Shown: positions 54,882-64,000 of the stretch, piece after piece | Position numbering within the stretch: position 1 is the stretch's first letter | Layout: every line of letters starts with the position of its first letter | DNA from: Octopus vulgaris | Taxonomy: Eukaryota | Direction: 5' to 3' | Assembly: GCA_951406725.2 (NCBI GenBank) | Contig: OX597815.1 | Span: 154,504,001-154,568,000 of the forward strand | Length of the DNA stretch: 64,000 bases | Notes under the pieces: generated by a model | Told to the model about the DNA's origin: nothing | The model's database searches: none | The model's input: only the letters and a program-made list of their open reading frames with translations | Position numbers and translations under genes: made by a program

Positions 54882-57032
54882 ATGAATAGTTCAAGTAAAA
54901 AGTTCGTCAATATTCAGAGGAATATTTTAAATTTGGGTTTATACCCGCTATTCACGGTAAACGGTCATCTTTCTGCCTCTTATGCCAACCATGTTTGACC
55001 AACGAATCAATGAAACCAAATTATCTTGAGTTGCATTTGAAGACGAAACAGTGCATATGTAAATTCAGATTTAAATTACTTTAAGTCGTTAAAGAAGTTT
55101 GCAAAAAGAACAACGCCCGTCGTACTCTTGAGACTACTTATGAAATTTCATTACTCATTGCTAAATATGGAAAAGAATCATACTATTAGGGAGAATTTAA
55201 TTAAACCATCAATATCAGCATTTTTAAAAATGTCCCGGAAAAAGATGACAAAGTTGTTCAAGCCATGGCACTTAGTAACAATATTGTTAGTATAAGAATA
55301 GATGAAATGAGTGAAGATATTGAAACAATTTGTTGAAAAGCTGTAATCAAGAAAATTCTCATTACAAATGGATCAATCAACTCTAAGAGACAGCGAGGTC
55401 GTATTGCTAACCTATGCAAGACATATTGATAAAGATGATTTTGCTGAAAAAATGACATTCTGCAACTCATTAGAATCCACCACTACCGCCACTGATATAT
55501 ATGATAAACTTTTAAATTACTTGAATGCCAACAATGTACCAATAGAGAACATAGCATCTTGTGCTGCAGATGGTGCTCCTATTATGATGGGCAAGAAAAA
55601 AGGCTGCTTAGAATTGATGAAAGATGAGAACCCAGAAATGTTTGTTGTGTACTGTGTTATTCATACAGAGAACTTTGTATACGAAAATATGACTCCTGTT
55701 CTCAATGAGGTACAAAAATCAGTAGTAAAGTGTATCAATTCTATCAAAGCTAATGCCAAATGTGAGCGTCTTTTCAAGCAGTTAGTGAGATCCTTGTGAT
55801 TCATACCTGAAAATGCGGACTATGTGAGACTTTTATCTCACACTGAGGTAAGATGGCTCTCAAAGGGGAATTGCCTGAAAAGATTTATGGAACAATTTGA
55901 AGTTCTTCATGACTTTTTAAGTGACAACCTGAAATGAAGCACCTGCTAACCGTCGATGGTAAAGCATTTGTAAGTTACTTAACAGATATCTTTGAAAAAC
56001 TTAATATACTAAATAAACAATTTCAAAGATCAAATAAAACTCTTATTGATGCAAAGTCGAAGATATTTGGCTTTGTTACATTCATTGAGGTTTGTCAAAA
56101 ATATATTCCTGACAAAATCTTTGACCAGTTTCATTGGCTAAAAAAGTGTGAGTTGACCGATGCTGCTGTAATTGTCATTATGGATTATTTGGAAATAGTG
56201 TCTTCTGATTTGAAAGATAGATTTTCTGATTTAAAACAAACTGATTTTCCAGCATGGGTTATGCAGTTAATGCTAGTGGATATATCCCATATTTCGGTAC
56301 AGTACCAAGAAGAACTCTCGGAAATGCAGAATGATGAGTCTGTTAAAACTTTATTCAATATAAAAGGACTGATGTCATGGCTTTGTGATGAGACAGAAAC
56401 CAAATACCCTAATTCAACCAACTTCATATTTAGCTGAATGTAGCTTTAGTGCTGTAAATGATTTGTTCTTGACGAAAAGAAATCGACTGGATATCACTAA
56501 ACAAGGAGACGTGAGAGTGAAGCTGACTAAATTAGTGCCTAATATAAAATCTCTCTGCAGCAAGCATGAATCACAAGGATCTCATTAACTTTAGTTTGCT
56601 TATTTCATATTCATATATTTTATATTTCCGCATTTCATTTCTCTCTTATATGTTTGTTGTGTCTTTCTCGACACTGTTTTGTGTGGTATTATGACGACGT
56701 ACTTCGTCGTCAGCCCAACTGCGTGCCTCAGCGAGTTGTTATGTCTGTTAACTATTTGTTTGTAGTGGAACAGCCCACTTCTCTGCCTCGGGGGTGTTCT
56801 CCATGACAATATTTTTGAAACTTTATTTATTTAACTCTCCTTCTGTTTTTTTTTCTCTTTCATAAATGCCATGTTCTTTGGAAGCTTGTTTAGCGATCAA
56901 GAGACTTTTAAGTTTCCTACAAGTGAATAGTAGTAAAATGTTGAATAACAAAAATTAAATATCACAATGGGGGCATCAGGATTTTAGAAGTGATTCAGTG
57001 GGGCATGGCCTAAAATCAGCCGGGAACCACTG
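54882..57032 (+). mobile_element. Decayed hAT transposon (Buster/ZBED8-like) with 3' TIR
   Basis: RQYSEEYFKFGF, BED-like finger, AADGAPIMMG, CVIH, HTEVRWLSKG, YLAECSFSAV; gggaaccactg terminus; 5' TIR not found. Confidence 0.9.
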
Positions 57033-57279
57033 GGAAGGTACAGGTGTCTTTAGAGTGTAAAGCCATTTGTACGTAAATCTCACGAGCAAGCTGTTCCGTT
57101 GATCGGATCAAATAGAACACTCGTCGTCGTCGTAAGGGACGGAGTGCAAGGAGGGGGAAGAAAGGTTGTATGTATGTACAGGCAAGTGGTGGCATATATT
57201 TATATATAGGCATACACATACGGTGATTATAAACACAGACACACAATATTGGTGGGGAAATTATAAAGGGTTCTCAGTG

Positions 57280-57715
57280 GTACGATATTAACCAGTGGAT
57301 TAAAATTTGAAGTGCTTTTGTTATTCACATATAGGTTTCTAGTCATTTACATATGGCTATACCATATATCTTATGTGTACAATTAGTGTGTCACATACTG
57401 AATTTGAGTGTGACAAAAGGATCTGGGTTGTGAGGTCTTCGTGGATGTATATAGGAACTACAGCGTGACTCCTTTCTCTTCAGTCGATCCTTAATACAAC
57501 ACACTATGTTAGGTGTATTTCTGCATTTGCTATATCTGGTATGAAGTGCGTTTCTGTAAGTACTATGCATAACGTTCCAATTCTCTGTTGCACAGTAACA
57601 GCACTAATGTGATATCTGTGTTACTGCCAGTGGTATCCACATTGTATCCATTTGATGTGGTGGTCTAGTGTGTTGGGGATAGTCCCATCTGTGAGATTGA
57701 CGTAGCCAAGTCTGT
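57280..57715 (-). mobile_element. Decayed LINE endonuclease N-terminal fragment
   Basis: DNA similarity to 35440-35700 (tttgagtgt, gttgtgaggtc). Confidence 0.5.
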
Positions 57716-57721
57716 TGTATA

Positions 57722-58328
57722 TAATAATAATAATAATAATAATTGTGTACAGTGCTCAGGTGCACTACAACTCATCTAAAGTGTATATATAATCAGGTGT
57801 AGTTTCGGCGGATTTCGGAAAGCATGAGGGCCTTAAAAGATGCAGTGTCATGGCAGTCAACAACTGACGCAGGCAGTTTATTCCATGCTTCAGCAATTCT
57901 GAGCGTGAAAAAATGTTTCCGAAAGTCATGGGAGCTGTATTGTTTTCTGACTTTGTAGGCATGTCCACGTGTGTTAGACACATGGAGATCAAAAAGGTGT
58001 TCAGTGTTGTTGTTGGTGAGGTGGTTGATAACTTTGTGGGTGTTTACCAAGTCCGTCGCCAAACGCCGGAGCTTCAGTGAATCCATGCCCAGGGAAACAA
58101 GGCGCTCAGAATATGGTAGGTGTCTGATGGAGGGTATGCGTTTGGTTGCACGTCTCTGGACAGATTCCAGGAGGTCAATGTTCTGTGCAAGATAGGGGTT
58201 CCAAACTGATGATGCGAATTCCAAGTGTGGTCGTACCATAGCTGTATACAGTTTTAAATAGATGGCTGGAGAGCGGCTAACAAAAGACCTGCTGAGTGAT
58301 GCCAAGACACCCTCGGCCTTCCTGACAT
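57722..58328 (-). mobile_element. 5'-truncated CR1-like LINE 3' end with (ATT)n tail
   Basis: LYTAMVRPHLEFASSVWNPY, LESVQRRATK, YSERL, NTRGH, FFT.RI..WNKLP; frame intact. Confidence 0.93.
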
Positions 58329-58469
58329 ATATGCATAGATATGTCCATATATGTGTGTATAAATATATAACATGCGTATACACACATGCACACACGCATA
58401 CATATTACATATATATCTATATACATATATATGCATACGTAAATATAGATCAATATATGCGTATACATA

Positions 58470-58668
58470 AAGTTAATCCAAACAAGAAATCACAAAGAAA
58501 CACAACAACGCGAGGACGTGGAACAAATATAGTATTATTGGACGCTCAGGAAAGAAAGAAAGAAGGAGGGTTTAACGTTTCGAGCGGAGCTCTTCGTCGG
58601 AAACATAGCAGAAGGAAAGATACGGAGAAGGGAAGAGAGAGTAAAAAAATTGCCAACGGTACACACGC
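58470..58668 (-). mobile_element. Penelope pLTR remnant with minimal HHR-like motif at 58570-58604
   Basis: gttt CCGACGA agagctccgctc GAAACGTT aaac. Confidence 0.6.
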
Positions 58669-58704
58669 GATATATGTATGTATGTATACATACATACATA
58701 CACA

Positions 58705-58766
<62 letters not shown>

Positions 58767-58831
58767 CATACACATACATACATACGTATATGCATACATA
58801 CATACATATATACATGCATATATACGTATAT

Positions 58832-59068
58832 ATGAAGAGGCACCCAAAAGTAACCGGAAAGGTTATCTTTGGAACAAACCCTTTGTAGTTCAAGCTTCCG
58901 CCGCTAGAAGCCGCTTGATGTGATCCTCAGGTATCAGTCTGCCGACTGGCGTCGTCCATCGCTGTGGTACTGCGACGTTGTGCGTCTTTGTCTTGTAGTG
59001 CTTCTCTCCTCTTCGTTGAGTTTTGCGATGGCTGAAACGAAGGAACAGAGTCCTTCCGTGAAATTCAT
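58832..59068 (+). mobile_element. Mariner-like 5' end
   Basis: TIR-like gaggcacccaaaagtaaccgga; MAETKEQSPSVKF resembles a mariner start. Confidence 0.5.
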
Positions 59069-59156
59069 GACAATCTATTCAAAATTACTACGATGTAGTA
59101 TATGTTTAAAGCCCGTCCACTAGACGGGTGGAATATATATATAATATCTCATGTGA

Positions 59157-59234
<78 letters not shown>

Positions 59235-59319
59235 GTGTCTGTGGGTGTGTGTGTATGTATATATGTATGCATATATATATACATATATGAATACATACAT
59301 ACATACATACATTCACACA

Positions 59320-59363
<44 letters not shown>

Positions 59364-59628
59364 TATCAAGGACACAAATTGGTCATTTTATAGGACCAAA
59401 ATGGAAAGGAAATGGTGAATATATTAAAATAAAATAGTTATATTTGTCCTAAAGTTGAACAGCTAGATGCATTAAATATACCATGACCGATAATTTCCGC
59501 AAGAGTTCTAAGGCAAAATTCAGTCTTGAAGAAAACATGTACCAAACAAATAGAATCGATATGTGCTACAATTCTTCCATTTACAGACCAGTTTCCTCAT
59601 AATGTAAAAATTTGCTAGAATTCATGAA

Positions 59629-60013
59629 TCTATATATAAAGCTGAAGTTGTCTGTGTATGGCAGGTTTGCTAGCCTTCAACTAACACTATCTCCTCCGAG
59701 CCCTTGCAGCACAAGTTGACAAAAATTGAGAGTATGATAGAAGGCTTGCTATTCCTTCCGTAGAAGAAAACATTCAAATCAGACCATGTTAACACCAAAA
59801 CTTATTTACATCAAAAAGGTGCTTTTTTTCTAAGAAGATCCCTATTTTTTACGATTTTTTGACTGCAGTGTCTCCATTTTTCGGTGTATTTCAACCAGAA
59901 AAATGTTCAATTAAAGAGAATAACAAGCTACATAATGCCCAATTTTTACTATTCAAAAATTCCAATTCTAAATGATCGAAACAAACCCGAGCAACGCCGG
60001 GCGAAACTGCTAG
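59629..60013 (+). mobile_element. Non-autonomous Helitron
   Basis: A|TCtatatataaa start, subterminal hairpin cccgagcaacgccggg, CTAG|T end. Confidence 0.85.
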
Positions 60014-61216
60014 TATATGAAACGTGTATTACAATGCACATTTACTCGAATACAAAACAATAGAAAAATCAAGTTTTCTCAGACTTTTATGACATATATC
60101 ATGTAAAAGAAAAATGTAACAATGGTGAAAGAGAATGGATGCGATTCTTCGTCGACTTTACGGATATGCTGCGAATAGCCTGCGGTATCTAAGTTGGACA
60201 AATTCTCAAATATATATTACATATATTTCGCTTTATTCTAGTTAGTTATAAATGTATATATTATATGTTCGCTTAATAATGACTGTTTAATCTGTTATGA
60301 AATATATCTTGTTGTGCACACTATTAATCATTTGTGTGCATAAAAACAGTTCAGGCAAGATTTACATAAGATATGTGTTTAGCAAAAACAATAAGTTAAT
60401 TCTTTATTCAGTGTTATTTGCTCAATTCACATGTAACATTATTGTAGTTTAAATCGTTAATGTTAATATTAAGAAGTTAGAAACAAGACCAAAATCAGAC
60501 GTAAATAAAAAATGAAATGGAGTAATATATTTTGAATAATTACGTAAATGTTGCGAAAACGAGTGTTCCGATTTTCAACACGTGATTAGTATGGTCACAT
60601 GTTCACGCATAAATGGGTGATTGAGAAATTTGTTTCACAAATACAGTAATTTGGTAGCCAGAATCCTTCATATTACGTTTCATCGTCTTAAGAAAAGGGA
60701 CGATACAAAAAGTAATATAACTCTAGATACAAGTACTAATCTACAAAAGCCGTACAAAGAAAAATCTACAAGACAGAAGAGCATTTCACTGTAAATATTT
60801 TCTATCTGTAAGAAAGGTCTCGTTTCATAAAATATTTAATTTATGTACCTCGTGTTATGGTGTGCTGATAATTTCTAATGGAAAGGAGATTGTGCTATAC
60901 CTGATAAACTTAGACTAGAACTTTAAGACTTTCGTAAGCTCTAAAATTAAGCAATAAAAATAATATGTATATTCCATGCATCTTCTTCCTTATTCCTTAA
61001 TTTCAAATTCAAATTCAAATTTCTACTCCAGCCAAATATGATAAAATCATGTGATTACATGTGATTATCTTCCGTGCCATAACTGTCCACTAAGAGATTC
61101 CATGTGTTTGAATGTACTGATCGTCATGTGCGAAAGATATTTGCTGAATGGTTTACTTTTCATTAAGGCTGACCTGGATTCTACACTTATTGTATGGATA
61201 GTTAGTAACAAAAAGT

Positions 61217-61255
<39 letters not shown>

Positions 61256-61478
61256 GTACTACTGCTGCTGCTGCTGCTACTACTACTGCTGCTGCTGCTG
61301 CAACTACTGCTGCTGCTACTGCTTTATAATACTACTACTGCTGCTACTGCTTTATAATACTACTACTGTTGCTGCTGCTGCTGCTACTGTTACTGCTACT
61401 ACTACTGCAGGTACTGTTGTATAATACTACTACTGCTATTGATGCTACTGCTGCTCCTCCTCCTCCTCCTCCTCCTAG

Positions 61479-61520
<42 letters not shown>

Positions 61521-61528
61521 AACTACTG
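61217..61528. repeat. Compound (ACT)/(GCT)/(CCT) trinucleotide repeat
   Basis: Direct inspection; similar tracts at 10239-10328 and 12133-12220. Confidence 0.95.
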
Positions 61529-61692
61529 GTACACAGAGATGGATACAATATAAATTTCTCTCTTTCACCAAAAGACAATCAAATAGAAGTGACCATACAA
61601 GAGCTGGTGATATTGGCAGCACCACTGCCTCCCGCAACATCTAGACTGAAACATGTAAAAGACATACACACGCCTAAATATGCATGTATATA

Positions 61693-61842
61693 TAGGCGTA
61701 AGCGTGGTTATGCGGTAAGAGGTTTGTTTCTGAAATACATGTTTGCGGGTTCAGTCCCACTGCGAGGCACACTAGGCAAGTGTTTTCTACCATAGCTTTG
61801 TGGAATTATTTGGTATGGAGAAACTGAAAGAAGCTCGTCGTA

Positions 61843-61873
<31 letters not shown>

Positions 61874-62066
61874 ACATACGTACATACATACATATATATA
61901 TATACGTATGGGGTGGCAGTATGGTAAGAAACTTGTTTCCTAACCGCATGATTTCGGATTCACTCCCACTGTACGGCACCTTGGGAACGTCTCTTCTACA
62001 TTAGCCTTGGCCGACCAATGCCTTATTTGTCCATTTTGTAGACGGAAACTGAAAGAAGCCTGTTCT
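61693..62066 (+). mobile_element. Two tandem degraded SINE family A heads
   Basis: ..tggtaaga...tcccactg..ggcac...gaaactgaaagaagc twice. Confidence 0.75.
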
Positions 62067-62079
62067 GTCTATATACATA

Positions 62080-62208
62080 CAGGGTGTCCCAAAAAAGTGT
62101 ATACATACCTTAAATAATTGTAAATTTGTTATTCTTTGTAAGCCTAGTACTTATTCTATCGTTCTCTTTTGCCGAACCACTATGTGTAATACATTATTTT
62201 GGGACACC

Positions 62209-62211
<3 letters not shown>
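62080..62211. mobile_element. 132-bp Tc1/mariner-type MITE with TA flanks
   Basis: ta-cagggtgtcccaaaa...ttttgggacaccctg-ta. Confidence 0.85.
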
Positions 62212-62277
<66 letters not shown>

Positions 62278-62519
62278 CGTGTATGTGTGTGTGTGTGCGT
62301 GTATGTGTGTGTGTGTGTGTTGTCTGTGTCTGTGCTCTCTCCATCGCTTGACAACCGATGTTGGTTTGTTTCAGGTCCACGTAATATCGATATTTAAATA
62401 TCGATCTTATCTAGTGGCCAGTATATATATATCTCTGTGTATGTATACATGTGTGTATGTATGTGTGTATGTGTGTATCTATGTGTATTTATGTGTATAT
62501 ATATATGTATATTCTCTTA

Positions 62520-62834
62520 TTCTGTTACACGTTTCAGTCATTTGAATGTGGCCATGCTGGAGCCCCAACTTTAGTCGAAGTAATTGACCCAAGGACTTAC
62601 TCTTTCTTCGGGGTCTTACTCATACTTCTTACAATCGATGGTGGGGATCAAACACAGACACAAATACACTTATACATAAATATATATACATATATATAGA
62701 CGACGGCCGATAAGATTCCGCCTAAGTCATCCTCTCACAAAGCTGTGGTCAGCCCGAGAGTATAGTAGAAGACACTTTGCACAAGGAACCATGTGGTTGG
62801 GAAGCAAGCTTCTTACTATACAGCCACGCTTGTT

Positions 62835-62838
<4 letters not shown>
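62520..62838 (-). mobile_element. Degraded SINE family A
   Basis: gtttcagtcattt...aaccatgtggttgg..agcttctta..cagccac. Confidence 0.75.
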
Positions 62839-62896
<58 letters not shown>

Positions 62897-62957
62897 GATA
62901 TCTACATTATTTACATTAGTTACATTTGTCTTCTCATTCCTAAGGTATGTTTCTATA

Positions 62958-62988
<31 letters not shown>

Positions 62989-63011
62989 TATAATAATTAT
63001 TATTATTATTA

Positions 63012-63066
<55 letters not shown>

Positions 63067-64000
63067 CTTTTTTTCTTCTTTCAAATTTGCTTCCATTTCT
63101 TACCGAGTGTCTTCCCGACTCCTAGGGCAAAGAAACTCATAGTATACATTGGTAGGACATTAAACTAAATTCAGTAGTTCGTTCATTTAAAAAAAAATTT
63201 TTTTTTTAAGTTAAATTAAAATACATGGGTAGTAATAGTTCTCACATCGACAATGCTCTTCTCAATACGTGTGATGTACCAGTTAAGACAATCTTTTGCA
63301 CTTCTTGCAGGGATGGTAAGCCAGGGATCATTCTCATATAATTTTCGGTTCCCTTCTTGATCATTCCTAGTGCTCCTACGATCACTGGTATTGTAACCGC
63401 CTTGAGATGCCACATTTTCTCAATTTCAATGTGTAGGTCTTTATATTTTCTGAGCTTGTCAAACTCTTTCGCCGAGATATTATGATCACAGGGGATGATC
63501 ATGTCGATCAATAAGCAAACTTTATTGTTTTGGTCTTTCACAACAATATCTGGTTTATTGGCTTTGATGGTTCGGTCTGTATGTACTGGAAAGTCCCACA
63601 GAATCGTTACATTTTCTCCTTCAGTTACAGCTTCAGGGTGGTGATTGTACCACTGGTCGGCAGTTTTAATATTGTAATGCCGACTTATTAGCCAGTGTAG
63701 ATATTGGCCAACTCTGTCATGTCTTAATTTATACTCCACTGGTGCTAAGACTTTACATCCAGAGATTAGGTGGTCCACTGTTTCAATCATGTCGTTGCAG
63801 AATCGGCATTTTGGATGGCTCCATTTTTTATCACATTGGCCTGGTAGTTCCGGGTTAATAGGCTTTGATCTTGAGCAGCCAGGATGAAACCTTCGCTCTC
63901 TGCTTTTAGCCCTGAGCTCCGTAGCCACTGATGGGTTTGCTTCTGGTCAACATCAGCTTGTTTGCTACGGGCCACATATTTGCCGTGCAGAGGTTTCTCC
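63067..64000 (-). mobile_element. Dong/R4-like LINE 3' part (CCHC finger + restriction-like endonuclease) continuing beyond the window
   Basis: EGFILAAQDQSL.TRNY, CRFC....ETVDHLISGC, RHDRVG, KPDIVV..LLID; one frameshift; 3' end abuts (TTA)n at 62957-63066. Confidence 0.95.

Noticed and set aside
54882-56588. Domesticated ZBED/SCAND-like host gene
   Set aside because: Multiple frameshifts and stops plus a retained 3' TIR indicate a dead transposon

Overview
AT-rich, microsatellite-dense metazoan non-coding DNA. It is most likely from an octopus; this is an inference from the tRNA-derived SINE families and the (TA)n/(CA)n/(TAA)n load. No host gene can be supported, and almost all ORFs in the track are microsatellite artefacts. 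The window is a nest of transposable elements: a near full-length Penelope-like element (RT + GIY-YIG, about 16040-20468) lying head-to-head with a truncated Neptune-type element, many Penelope pLTR remnants, Dong/R4, CR1 and RTE LINE fragments, Tc1/mariner, hAT and Helitron remnants, and many SINEs. The most notable signal is at the RNA level. About twenty intact or decayed type-I hammerhead ribozyme (HHR) motifs can be folded by eye, and they fall into three settings: (i) a non-coding ~354-bp unit present twice as 1.2-1.4 tandem units, a candidate circular-RNA retrozyme family; (ii) six tail-out inverted repeats with HHR sequence on both strands; (iii) variant catalytic cores, including a compensatory U3-A8 core. 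All folding, alignment and family assignment was done by inspection, so boundaries are approximate unless anchored by a motif.
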